The notes: generated by a model from the letters alone, not told the origin. A DNA stretch of 17,024 nucleotides from an uncultured Nitrososphaeraceae archaeon (GCA_963765895.1 CAVXZB010000062.1:1-17024); one strand, 5' to 3'. Counted from the stretch's first letter, positions 1 to 9,818 are shown. A program made the numbers and translations.

Positions 1-189
1 CAATAATCGTCAAAAATTAAAGCGCTAGTAATAGTTCATTATTTTTATTATTTGTGGTGTATCTCTCAAAATATGGAGATATGTGCTATTTGATGAGAAG
101 AGTATTGATAAAAGCTAAGCACTTTGGTAAGTGTTCCTTAATCGTTAAATATGCAATTCTGACATCTATTTGCCAAGAGCTTACATCAA

Positions 190-417
190 ATGAATGAATT
201 CTATGCTTTATTAATAGTTGGAGTCTTGACATCAGCTCTGGTGGTGTTAAGCTTATTATCGCAAGGTAGTTCAACAGACATTCAATCTGTGACACGCAAC
301 ATCGAGAATGGAAAATTAACGTATGAGATAGAGATTGTGAAAAATAATAATCAGTACTTTGATGTAATCGTGGATCCAAACATTGACAAAGTTACAAAAA
401 TTAATGATACATCATAG
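190..417 (+). CDS. Small membrane-anchored/secreted protein with a partial PepSY-like motif (possibly an internally deleted remnant)
   Basis: Hydrophobic N-terminus (FYALLIVGVLTSALVVLSLL) followed by ENGKLTYEIEIV...FDVIVDPN, resembling the C-terminal half of a PepSY domain. Only 75 aa. Confidence 0.5.
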   Translation: MNEFYALLIVGVLTSALVVLSLLSQGSSTDIQSVTRNIENGKLTYEIEIVKNNNQYFDVIVDPNIDKVTKINDTS

Positions 418-569
418 TCATCAAAATAGGTTGTTTCATTATTTAGTATATCCAGGTGCACCGTTAGATTCATAATTCATAGAAGATAAATTATAGATAT
501 ATTAGAATTCAGATACAATCGACTAAATTTACAATGCTTAGTTACAAGAAATCGTATGAGATTCGTAGT

Positions 570-1679
570 TCATCTATTCCCCAAAACTCTTAACTGCATT
601 GGTGCATACACATTACCTTGTGTATTGCCATCAAAATTTATTTTTACATAGCGAGTTGTGACAGGAAAATCAGAAGAAATATCGTAAGACTCTTCCCCTG
701 AAACCGCTGCAGTATTATCATAGTATATAGGTTTACTAAAGTAATTTCCGTCCAGGGATGTCTGTATGTTAAAGTGATTCACAACTTTGTCGCCATTGCT
801 AAATTTTAAACTCAGCGAACAAATCGACATCTCCTGCCCCAAGTCAATTATATATGATGAATTTCCCTTCGCTGATTCTATTGAAAGGATGTTACTGATA
901 CTATTTACAGTTATGTTCTTATCGCTAGTCGCTGGCTGATAATTGAAGTTACCTGGATGTTCTAGCCGTCCTCCTGGGCCAGATACTTTAGCAATTCCAA
1001 TATTTTTATTCGCACATGTATTTTGACCTATTTCATTAGTATTTTTCGCGAAAGTCGTAGGCATCATGTCAACGCCTAATTCGTAAGACACGTATCTGTA
1101 ACTAGAATTATTGGTCGAATTGACATTAGCGTTCTTATCAATATTGCTACTGCCCAAAGCATTATGGTTAGGAAATATGGCGTGGACTTCAATATTCCAT
1201 AGACCATGCATCCCGGAGAGCTTAAATTTGTTATCAGATAACTCCTTTAGTGCATGTAACGATGGGATATCTGCTTCATAATCCGCAATATACGCCTTTA
1301 TGCTTACAGGATTTTCACTAAAGTCGATACTTACATTGCCTCCTTCCTGTACTGTTAATACAGGAGTAACGTCTGCGGAAGGATATATGATCTTGGTCAT
1401 GTTCTTGCCATCAAAATTAACAAATGGAATCATTTCATAATTTTGATTACCATAGATCAAAAAGGCCTTGGGCACAGAGAGTCCATTATCTGCAGCAATC
1501 CCATAGGCACTTTGCGTTAAAGAGAAAAATGTTGTTGTGGGGCAATTAGCCCAAGCCACGATAAAAATAAGACATACCGGTAACAATATTGCAATGATCA
1601 TCAAATTGCACTCTTTGAATTTCGCATTTTGTTCTATTGCCTTGCTCAGGAGTGCACTGCCCAATCTAGATGATTTCAT
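570..1679 (-). CDS. Secreted/membrane-anchored protein with a C-terminal discoidin (F5/8 type C) domain
   Basis: 369-aa ORF. Hydrophobic segment MIIAILLPVCLIFIVAWA (alternative ATG at 1601). C-terminal YIIDLGQEMSICSLSLKF...FNIQTSLDG...TRYVKINF matches the F5/8 type C pattern. Confidence 0.75.
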   Translation of the reverse strand: MKSSRLGSALLSKAIEQNAKFKECNLMIIAILLPVCLIFIVAWANCPTTTFFSLTQSAYGIAADNGLSVPKAFLIYGNQNYEMIPFVNFDGKNMTKIIYPSADVTPVLTVQEGGNVSIDFSENPVSIKAYIADYEADIPSLHALKELSDNKFKLSGMHGLWNIEVHAIFPNHNALGSSNIDKNANVNSTNNSSYRYVSYELGVDMMPTTFAKNTNEIGQNTCANKNIGIAKVSGPGGRLEHPGNFNYQPATSDKNITVNSISNILSIESAKGNSSYIIDLGQEMSICSLSLKFSNGDKVVNHFNIQTSLDGNYFSKPIYYDNTAAVSGEESYDISSDFPVTTRYVKINFDGNTQGNVYAPMQLRVLGNR

Positions 1680-2134
1680 ATCATCCTTACTGTTAGGCTA
1701 ATGCTACTGATATTTAGACAATTTCGAATTTGTTACCAGACCAATACTCTATAAAAGTTTAGTTGATAATGTAGTAATTCGGATTGGAACTAATCATGTG
1801 TAATATACTTCATATTCTGCTTGATAAATGCCCCTGTGGATAGCGATAATGGTTTGAAGGTTTGATGATCGTCCATCCTACAGTCACGATCACATTATAG
1901 TTCGATTCATTAGATATAATTAGATGGTTGAAACATTAGGTGATATTAAGTGATATAAATATCGAACTAGCATAAATAGTTTATTTCTACATGAGCTCAT
2001 GAATTGAGTCTTGCTTATTCATCAATTCTACTGGAATCATCTATTCAGTATGAGTTGCTACGTGTTTTACATTTGACCATTGCTTGTGATTTCATAATTC
2101 TTGATGAGCGTATTACTAACATACCTAGAGTGTA

Positions 2135-3991
2135 TTGAATGAGTCCAGAGTTAGTATGGAGCAAGACAAGGATGTCGCATTAACTTTGGTATTTACACGA
2201 TTAACAAACATACCTTTGTTTGCAGGACTTGTTACAACTTTAATTTTGACAGCACTTGTAATAACACAAAATAGTCAGGCATATTCTATACCTTCTAGTT
2301 ACAATATAACGCAACAACGTCAATATGATAGTAGTAAAGTTTGCAAAAGTGTTCCGATAATAAGATTGACCTCAAGTGCAAGTGAACGAGGTAATCCACC
2401 AATTAATGCTATAGATAGGAACTTGAACACTCGCTGGTCAAGTAATGCTGTCAACAAATACATTCAAGTTGACATGGGTTCAAATAAAACAATTTGTGGT
2501 CTAAGTACTGCATGGTTCAAAGGAGACACTAGACAGTACTTGTTTACAATTTCTACTTCAGTTGATGGATTAAACTATTCAAATGTCCTTCAGGGAAGTA
2601 GTAGCAGTCATACGCAGCAACCAGAGAACTATCAAATTCATAGCACTTCTGCTAGATACGTAAAGATTACTGTCTCGCGAAATACCCAGAACGATCGGGC
2701 CAGCATAAGCGAGATCACAATTTATGGACTAGATGCATCTACAAATCCACCTATTTCTGTAAACCATGCGCCTACTGTTAGGAATGTTACTGGCATTTCA
2801 ACACCCCAGGATAATGCTGTAGCTATTCCAATAGTTGTATCAGATCCTGACAAAGGAGACAGTGCAACGATCACCAACAAGAGTTCTCCTGTGCATGGAA
2901 AACTAACGCTTGGTCCAAGCCAAAATAGTTTTGAGTACACGCCCATATTAGGATATTCAGGACAAGATAGCTTTACTATCCAAGCAATCGATAATCGTGG
3001 AGTCTTAAGCAACATCGCAATGATAATTATTACTGTTACCCCATCTGCTGGCGGAGATGGAGGCAGCAGCGGCAGTACAGGTCAGGGCTTTGACAAATTT
3101 GGCATAAAGGAGCTTTATCCTACGAAATCAGGAGGGGAGCAATGGTTCATGAATATGCAAGATCCAAATCAAGATAAGCAGACAAATCCTCCAAGTATGA
3201 CTAAAAATCCCGATGGATCCTTTAAAGTAACTTCAACTCAAGTAAGATATGCTGTTTCCACATCATCTGGATATAATCCTAGCCAAATTAAAACAACAAA
3301 TCAGAAGACAATGATACAGCATGGATATATGCAATCGCCAGGTGACTGGAAGAATGTGGAGATGACAGGGTATTTCAAAGTCAATAGTTTTACCAGTTCG
3401 ACCAAAAATGGAGCGGCACATATAGAATTATTAGCACGTGGAGGAGTACATACTTCAAGTAAATCGTGTGAAGGAACAGCATACCACTCTAACCTGTATG
3501 AAACTGGACGAAGTAAATTTGAAAAAGAGCTGGAACACACAGCAGGCTATGCCACAAACGATCCTGAGAAATCTGGTGTAACCAAGAAATTAGATGGACG
3601 ATGGATTGGACTGAAAGCCATTTTCTTTACCCGTGTAGATGGGACTGTAAAATTAGAGCAATGGATTGATGATGGTACAAATAATACTAGTACACCTGGC
3701 AATAATTGGCATAAATCAATAGAATTTGTAGATACGGGAAATAATTGGGGTGGTGGACATCTGAATTGTGGTGGTACCGACAAAATAATGATCTCATGGG
3801 GTGGTCCACTTACTCACTTCAGATGGGATAATATAGACAATATGGATGTACAACTTTTCAGCGTTAGGGAGATTCAATCTCCAGTATCTGGGCCTGCGAC
3901 TACACAAGCAATAACTTCTCCTAACGTCTCGAATGAAAGTAATTACTCTCCTCCATCTATAGTGATTATAAACCCGTATACTCTCCCCTAA
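2135..3991 (+). CDS. Secreted multidomain protein: F5/8 type C (CBM32-like) + Ig-like/cadherin-like (Big_9) + Gly/Ser linker + uncharacterised beta-rich C-terminal domain
   Basis: Hydrophobic segment LFAGLVTTLILTALVI. Discoidin NAIDRNLNTRWSS...IQVDMG...ARYVKITV...ASISEI (~2340-2730). Big_9-like NHAPTV...DPDKGD...HGKL...YTP..GYSGQDSFT (~2762-3040). Linker GGDGGSSGSTG, then a ~260-aa Trp/Gly-rich domain. ATG 2156 is a plausible alternative to TTG 2135. Confidence 0.85.
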   Translation: MNESRVSMEQDKDVALTLVFTRLTNIPLFAGLVTTLILTALVITQNSQAYSIPSSYNITQQRQYDSSKVCKSVPIIRLTSSASERGNPPINAIDRNLNTRWSSNAVNKYIQVDMGSNKTICGLSTAWFKGDTRQYLFTISTSVDGLNYSNVLQGSSSSHTQQPENYQIHSTSARYVKITVSRNTQNDRASISEITIYGLDASTNPPISVNHAPTVRNVTGISTPQDNAVAIPIVVSDPDKGDSATITNKSSPVHGKLTLGPSQNSFEYTPILGYSGQDSFTIQAIDNRGVLSNIAMIIITVTPSAGGDGGSSGSTGQGFDKFGIKELYPTKSGGEQWFMNMQDPNQDKQTNPPSMTKNPDGSFKVTSTQVRYAVSTSSGYNPSQIKTTNQKTMIQHGYMQSPGDWKNVEMTGYFKVNSFTSSTKNGAAHIELLARGGVHTSSKSCEGTAYHSNLYETGRSKFEKELEHTAGYATNDPEKSGVTKKLDGRWIGLKAIFFTRVDGTVKLEQWIDDGTNNTSTPGNNWHKSIEFVDTGNNWGGGHLNCGGTDKIMISWGGPLTHFRWDNIDNMDVQLFSVREIQSPVSGPATTQAITSPNVSNESNYSPPSIVIINPYTLP

Positions 3992-4046
3992 ACCAAGAAA
4001 CCAGGTTTGTCAATTTGGAGTTTGTCATAGACGAATCCACGCATTA

Positions 4047-4330
4047 TTACGCTCCTCTAAGGGATATCATCGGGTCTGTGGCAAATCCTGCAAATAATCC
4101 TACCAAGACTTCAATCATTACTATGTTATTCATAGTTTGCTTTCTTGCCGAATTGTACATAACTAAAGAGACATAATCAAAGCACCTCCAGCTATGAAGA
4201 GAAATAATATAGACGCTAGGCTAGAGTTCCATAAGCTACCAAGCAAAGTACCCACAAAAGATTGGTGCGCCACCAATGAATCCCACTAATATTAGAAATC
4301 CTATTCTGGGTTTATTCGCAAATCCTGCAA
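4047..4330 (-). pseudogene. C-terminal remnant of a ZIP (ZupT-like) metal transporter
   Basis: Manual minus-strand translation across two frameshifts: KPRIGFLILVGFIGGAPIF/VGTLLGSLWNSSLASILFLFIAGGALI/YVSLVMYNSARKQTMNNIVMIEVLVGLFAGFATDPMISLRGA*. The AGGALIYV helix is characteristic of ZIP C-terminal TM segments. The N-terminal part is absent. Confidence 0.7.
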
Positions 4331-4534
4331 AAAAAACTATACTTATCTCTGAAGTTTCCTCTTTATTGGTACCATAAGCCGTGATTTTATAGATTTAATT
4401 GAACCAATAAAAATGAAGGATATGCCGATTTATTCATTAAAATTAAAGTTTAGTAGGCAATGAGTATTTAAAAACTGAAATCAATTTTTTACCCTTGACA
4501 TTGTTGATTACCATCCTATCAATTATTTGAAGAG

Positions 4535-5185
4535 TTAAGACGAAGTAGTTAATCTAAGTGATCCAATCATATTTCGCGCCGTCTGCGCAAATTCCGCGTA
4601 ACTCAACGGTTCTGCATTAAATGTAGCATAATAAATCCTATGTCCGCAAAGGGTTGCACTATCCATAGTGATAGTTTTTAGTCCGTTGTATGTACTAGCA
4701 TAGATCATAGTGTAAGCCTTTCGTCCTGCAAGTATCGTATCGGTTGTTGAGGATAGTAATTTAAAATCTGAAGTATTATTGTCATTCTTGATAATGTTCA
4801 TGTTATTTGTCATCAGAGTTTCCAAAGACATGTTTCGAATGTTATTTTGCACATTAATGTCTAAGTAAGTACTACCATCGCTTGGATCTGTATCAAATGA
4901 TTTGTGAATATCGAATGCTGGTGTTATCCGAATAATAGTAACTGTACTCCCGTTCAACCTATTCCCAACCTCCAGGAGATCCCAGTTTGAGGGAACTTGC
5001 ATCTTGATACCAAAAGTAGAATTGACGTAGGTGAAAAAATCCGATACTACCGAATTCTGTGATGCTAAACTGATATTAGTTCTATTTGATAATATGAATA
5101 TCAATGTAATACCAGCTAGGAATACACATATACTAACCGTATTAATCATTTCAGTTCTTAATACATTTGTGTAATTAATCAACAT
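4535..5185 (-). CDS. Secreted PsbP-like (Mog1p/PsbP fold) protein
   Basis: N-terminal TM/signal segment. FFTYVNSTFGIKMQVPSNW and TILAGRKAYTMIY...RIYYATF...FAQTARNMIGSL match the PsbP-related family expanded in Nitrososphaerales. Confidence 0.8.
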   Translation of the reverse strand: MLINYTNVLRTEMINTVSICVFLAGITLIFILSNRTNISLASQNSVVSDFFTYVNSTFGIKMQVPSNWDLLEVGNRLNGSTVTIIRITPAFDIHKSFDTDPSDGSTYLDINVQNNIRNMSLETLMTNNMNIIKNDNNTSDFKLLSSTTDTILAGRKAYTMIYASTYNGLKTITMDSATLCGHRIYYATFNAEPLSYAEFAQTARNMIGSLRLTTSS

Positions 5186-5315
5186 CTATTAAAATTTAAG
5201 GTACATGTGTCTAAACGTGCTTGCAATATTACATTATTATTATCATAATTGTGGTGTCAATTCCTCGTATTAGTTAGCGAAGCGTACCTTAAAAAATTAA
5301 ACTCAGATATGGATA

Positions 5316-6010
5316 ATGCTTTACAATATATGCAAAAGAAAAAACGTAGCAATATACTCCATTCTAGTTTTAACTATAATATTAGTAATAATATCTGCAA
5401 TTGTTATGTATCCAGTTCCATATTCTTTGAAAAATAGTAACAAAAATAATGCCAACATAGTTCCTGTATTTCTCGGAGGTAGTCATTATAACAAGCAGAT
5501 CTTGCTCCATTTTCTGACATATCAAGATCCTATTTATGGAATAAAGATTCAGTATCCCTTAGATTGGGAAAAAATACGGTTTAATAGGAATTTTATTGTT
5601 GGTTTTGTATTTAGCTCTAAGCGAGATTCAGGATTGTTACCTAATCTAATGATTGCTGTTTTAAAATCATATTCCCAAGCACATTCTTAATCGATTTTGG
5701 CAATGCAAGGATTTCAACCCTCGAATCGCAATATCGTGATTTTCATCTAGTAAGCTCTGGTTCTTTCATGACTTCACCTGGTTCGCCACTTTATAAAATA
5801 GAATATACCCATACAGATGACAATTTGCCGATCACTACAACTGAAATATGGTCATTGAAAGGTACTCAAGCCTTTATGCTCTTAGCTAACGTCGACACAT
5901 CTGAGACTCCAACATATATGCCAATATTTCGAAAAATGATAAATTCATTTAATTCATTCTCGACCGCAACACATTACATCCAACGAAAGTGCACAGTGTA
6001 TAGAGGATAG
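5316..6010 (+). pseudogene. PsbP-like secreted protein split by a -1 frameshift (ORFs 5316-5690 and 5768-6010 are one gene)
   Basis: First half has a TM segment and FLTYQDPIYGIKIQYPLDW. The -1 frame is open from 5645 to 6010 and supplies ...DFHLVSSG...PLYKIEYT...YMPIFRKMINSF, the typical PsbP-like C-terminus. Confidence 0.75.
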
Positions 6011-6849
6011 ATAACTTCAATAGTTTAGGTAGGGTTTTAAATAGCTGCTATTCCAAAATAATTTGCAGGTTAATCTAACGAGAGTACTAGTAACCGTTGT
6101 AGCTAAGTCATCTGGTAACAATTTCTACCTACCTATAATCATATTGATATTTGGCCGTTGGTATATTGCGATTAGGGTTTCTACCGGTGGTGGAGCTTTA
6201 TCGCAAGTGCCTGCGGCCAATTCAAATCTAAATTTGAAAAATTCGATGGATTTTTATGTAGATTACTTAACTTAAATCTCTCTAAACTAAAGGACCTAGG
6301 AAAATACAGTTCTATGACTAACCCACCCCAATTTATAAGAAAGCCACTATGCTATCAGGACATTTTGTTGCACGTGAACTTAAGTCATTTTAGCCTAGAT
6401 TTGCCTAGGTTTTGCAAATAGATCATAAGACTTTATAGTTGAATTTGCTTCTATTATAATAGAAAAGAGAAGGAAGGACAGTGTAGATGACAATTCCAGT
6501 AACTGTTGTTATATCAGAACCACTTCGCCATACTACTGCTGCCAGTAATAGGTCATATTGCCTGAGGTCAGATTCCTATTCATGATTCCTGTCTATTTTC
6601 TTGTTGCATCGCCATAGCAATGTATTTGGAGTTATAAGGGTTATTGCTATGGAGGATATTAATATACAACCAATGCTGTAAGTATTGTATAAAGTAACGA
6701 TTGCTGGAATGCTTGGTGTGTTGTCCTTACGTAGAAGCATATTATATAGAAGACGTCTAAACAATGAAAATATGCTATACCTACATGAAATTATGCAATA
6801 TCTGGGTTTATTAATACCGAAACTAAACCGACATTAAGGAAATTCTGAG

Positions 6850-7551
6850 CTAGTTCATAACAGCTGCAACTTCTGCATATTGTCTCTTTCCTGCAGTCTT
6901 GAATACAATATCTTTTATCCTTAACTTTAATAATTCATGTGGCCTGCAGCCTGTATCCCGAGACATAACATGATAACATTTTATTCTTTTCGAAGGACAA
7001 TATTTTAGAAATAGTAAATCATTGTCTGCAGTCCACAAATCAGTAGGCTTGTAAATTGATTGTTCTTTCCGCTTTAGTTGTACTATATTCTGAATCACTT
7101 CTGGTTTAGGTCGTTTCTTCTGTTCAAGACTTGGATAATATAACCATTTAAAAAGCCTAAACAAAAGCATTCTAAATAGATTATAAGTTCCAATCCATCT
7201 ATGCATAGGATCTGATATCTCTGGCTTACGATAACTCTCTAGAAAAGAAATTATGTCATCTCTATTCATATCCTTAAAAGAATGGTTTTTATTATAGCGC
7301 GAGAGCGTGCACAGCAGTCTGATAACATCTCTTCTATAATGGTCAAATGGATTGATCTCTACTCTCAATGCTTGGATGTAATTTCCTATTGTGAGTACAT
7401 TCTCTTCTGATATAGAATGAAGTAACCCAGAATATTCAGGTTGCGAGCCAGAAGTACTATCATCTATTTTTGTTTCTAAAATAATATCATGACGTTTACT
7501 ATTGATTCTTACTAGTCTTCGTTTGCGCGCTGCAGTAACTGTATCGTTCAA
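6850..7551 (-). pseudogene. Truncated tyrosine recombinase/integrase (N-terminal and core-binding part only)
   Basis: Contains box I motif RDTGCRPHELLKLRIKD but ends shortly after (YAEVAAVMN*). The catalytic Lys hairpin, HxxR and Tyr are absent, and I see no continuation in other frames. Confidence 0.8.
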
Positions 7552-7682
7552 TTAATAAATAAATATAGTATCTACTTTGACATATAAGTTAGTATTGTAT
7601 ATCCACCTATAATCAAATAAGTGGATCTAAATACAAGTCATTACAAGCTTTATTAGGTGCACGACATAATACCATTATAATT

Positions 7683-8000
7683 ATGGTAATGAAGCGAATT
7701 GAAGCGTTTATTGCATCTGAGAAGACTCGTTATGTAATATCCGCTCTAGAAACCCTAGATTTACAGGCTACTTTTTATGAATCTAAGGGAATGGGAAAGG
7801 GTGAAAAATACACGTTAAGTTATGGTAAAGGGTCAGGAACTCAAAAGATGGCATATTCTACAAGGACCATAGTGGTATCTATTGTTGATGAGAATAAGGT
7901 CAAGGAAGCAGTTTCTGTTATCAAAGAAGCGGCAAAGACAGGAACAATTAGTGGCGGGATAATAGTAGTTTCATCTGTTGATGAATTAATGATGATCTGA
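7683..8000 (+). CDS. P-II family signal transduction protein (divergent, C-terminally short)
   Basis: MKRIEAFI start, GMGKG T-loop base, B-loop-like AAKTGTISGGIIVVSSVDE. 105 aa; may start at ATG 7689. Confidence 0.88.
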   Translation: MVMKRIEAFIASEKTRYVISALETLDLQATFYESKGMGKGEKYTLSYGKGSGTQKMAYSTRTIVVSIVDENKVKEAVSVIKEAAKTGTISGGIIVVSSVDELMMI

Positions 8001-8200
8001 ATATATGATAGGAAGAGGATAGCATAAAATAATATGTTTAGAAAACAGTAACAATTATATCGAGTTTTTCAATTGTTAAATTCCGTTGTAGTATCAAAAG
8101 CATATTTATCTATATGTTTAGTAGTGTTATCTATGAAAGCCTCGATCAGGAATGCAATAATCTTGAGTAGCTTTATAGCATTTCAACCATGAATTAACTT

Positions 8201-8228
8201 ATTATATATTATATATTATATATTATAT
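8201..8228. repeat. Tandem repeat (ATTATAT)x4
   Basis: Four perfect 7-mers read directly. Confidence 0.9.
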
Positions 8229-8389
8229 ACCTAGATCAGTATCAACTCCGGTACTTACGAGTAGATGGTCATTTAATATCAATTGATATAGAAGTGCAAG
8301 ATATAGGACCACCGTTGTTAAGAAGTAGTCTAATGAAATGATAAACCTAAGTAAAAGTACTATATCACTGATATTGCTATTGTATTCGT

Positions 8390-8436
8390 AAGATAGATTA
8401 GTATAGTAATCTAACTTGTATCTATCTATCTATCTA
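8390..8436. repeat. Imperfect palindrome (8390-8417) plus (TATC)x4 microsatellite (8419-8434) just 3' of the VOC gene
   Basis: AAGATAGATTAGTA|TAGTAATCTAACTT has 12/14 matching arm positions. The TATC repeat nearly abuts the stop codon at 8438. Confidence 0.6.
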
Positions 8437-8437
8437 C

Positions 8438-8824
8438 CTACTTAGCATTTCGGTCACTTTGTATAATACCAAACGAAATGCCTTCAGTGTCTTCACATAT
8501 CGCTAAATATCCAATACCCGGAATGGCCATTTTGGGTCTCACAATCTTGCCTCCTTCCATAGTAATTTTCTTAGAGAATTCATCTACGGAAGGCACATCA
8601 ATCGTATTTGTCACTCTGCTACCGGTATTGCCATTACTACCTTGATTCATTTTAGGAGTAAGTCCGCCGTTTATGCCTGGCTGGCTGTCTTCTCCTGTTT
8701 TTACAAGCCAGTATTCTTGAGGGCCATTCCACTTGTTGAACTCCCAACCAAAAACTTCCTTGTAGAATTTTATTGCTCTTTCCGGCTTATCTGCCACAAT
8801 TTCAAAATGAATTACTCTTGGCAT
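8438..8824 (-). CDS. VOC family protein (glyoxalase/bleomycin-resistance, COG3324-like)
   Basis: VIHFEI.ADKPERAIKFYKEVFGW...INGGL...TIDVPSVDE...GGKIVRPKMAIPGIGYLAICEDTEGISFGIIQ. Confidence 0.93.
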   Translation of the reverse strand: MPRVIHFEIVADKPERAIKFYKEVFGWEFNKWNGPQEYWLVKTGEDSQPGINGGLTPKMNQGSNGNTGSRVTNTIDVPSVDEFSKKITMEGGKIVRPKMAIPGIGYLAICEDTEGISFGIIQSDRNAK

Positions 8825-8847
8825 AACTATAAAGACGTGGTAGTCAA

Positions 8848-8855
8848 TTATTTAA
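8848..8855 (-). promoter_or_regulatory. Putative archaeal TATA box of the VOC gene
   Basis: TTAAATAA on the minus strand about 24 nt upstream of ATG 8824, a spacing typical of leaderless/short-leader archaeal transcripts. Confidence 0.5.
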
Positions 8856-8870
8856 GTTTGATGATTAATA

Positions 8871-9818
8871 GGCTATGTAGAAAACATCATCAATATTACA
8901 AGATTAGTCAGTCTATGCATATTGTAGGTGATACATCTAAATGATAACTCTCTGTTCTGCATTCTAGTCAATCTAGACATAAGATTCTCTCCAAATAGTC
9001 GTTTTATGACTGATATTATGGTTTCATCTTTGTTTCGTTGATTGTACAGCAATTTGGAGTAACCACGCTTCATCTGCTTTCTGTACTTACCATGTGTTCT
9101 CCACATCGGTACATGTTCATATCGAGCAGGAATAATACTGAATGCATGTAAGTCCTCTCTTACGAGAAGGTGATTATCTTCACTATCGTAACCCTTATCA
9201 GCTGTAACTACGGATAATGGAAGAATATTTGATGTCCTTGTTATAATTGGCCTGAAATCTACATTATCATGCCTTGTTGGAGCTCGTCTTATCTTAATTG
9301 TACATATGATTTGTTGTAATACATCTACTCCAATAGATAATTTCGCATATTTTCTTCTCAATTCTGTTCGATCAGTATAATATTGTGATGCATGAGTTAT
9401 CTTAAATCCTGTTGAATCTATTCCTGCAAAGATATGCTTGGTACCACTAATTACAATGAATGACGAAATTATCTTTTCAAGCAATGAATTATTGATTCTA
9501 TCTGTAAACTTTTGCAATGTTGTAAAATGAGGAATACGTGACAACCGTAGAAATGACCTTAGGTAATAGGCTTCAATTAACCACTCGACAAACATTCTAT
9601 AACTCTTACCTTCATACTGTCGTATAGCAACTAGAACTATGTGCTGCCATATTGTAAATATGTGATTACTTTTCCTGTTAGAAAATAGAGGAATCCTTGC
9701 ATGCTTCAAAACACGGAACATAGTACCTGCAAGTCTGACGTACATTGATTCTTTCAATAGACTATTGGTATTATACTCTTACAAAGCTTTGACTGTATGA
9801 GATGGTTTCTACACAGCC
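8871..9818 (-). mobile_element. Complete IS5-family insertion sequence (probably ISH1 subgroup), 948 bp
   Basis: TIRs GGCTATGTAGAAAACATC (8871-8888) and GGCTGTGTAGAAACCATC (reverse complement of 9801-9818), 16/18 identical. Perfect 8-bp target duplication GATTAATA at 8863-8870 and 9819-9826. Size and 8-bp DR fit the ISH1 subgroup. Confidence 0.93.
8873..9757 (-). CDS. IS5-family DDE transposase
   Basis: IPHFTTLQKF, GIDSTG (D), ADKGYDSE (D), YNQRNKDETIISVIKR (E). The stop codon lies inside the TIR and the ORF is uninterrupted. Confidence 0.95.
   Translation of the reverse strand: MKESMYVRLAGTMFRVLKHARIPLFSNRKSNHIFTIWQHIVLVAIRQYEGKSYRMFVEWLIEAYYLRSFLRLSRIPHFTTLQKFTDRINNSLLEKIISSFIVISGTKHIFAGIDSTGFKITHASQYYTDRTELRRKYAKLSIGVDVLQQIICTIKIRRAPTRHDNVDFRPIITRTSNILPLSVVTADKGYDSEDNHLLVREDLHAFSIIPARYEHVPMWRTHGKYRKQMKRGYSKLLYNQRNKDETIISVIKRLFGENLMSRLTRMQNRELSFRCITYNMHRLTNLVILMMFST

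Noticed and set aside
86-379. 97-aa minus-strand ORF
   Set aside because: Antisense to the more plausible PepSY-like ORF, with no recognisable motif.
2722-3783. Three minus-strand ORFs (2722-3015, 3301-3540, 3547-3783)
   Set aside because: Antisense shadows inside the 618-aa gene.
4081-4331. 14-bp direct repeat GCAAATCCTGCAAA at 4081 and 4318
   Set aside because: Both copies fall in the ZIP relic (FAGFA codons). There are no TIRs or other sign of a TSD or mobile element.
5249-5437. 62-aa plus-strand ORF
   Set aside because: Alternative frame overlapping the PsbP-like gene start.
6063-6764. ORFs 6063-6275 (+) and 6576-6764 (-)
   Set aside because: Short, non-ATG starts and no family recognised. 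They could be relics, but I cannot support a call.
8642-8944. 100-aa plus-strand ORF
   Set aside because: Antisense to VOC and crosses the IS boundary, so it arose by chance.
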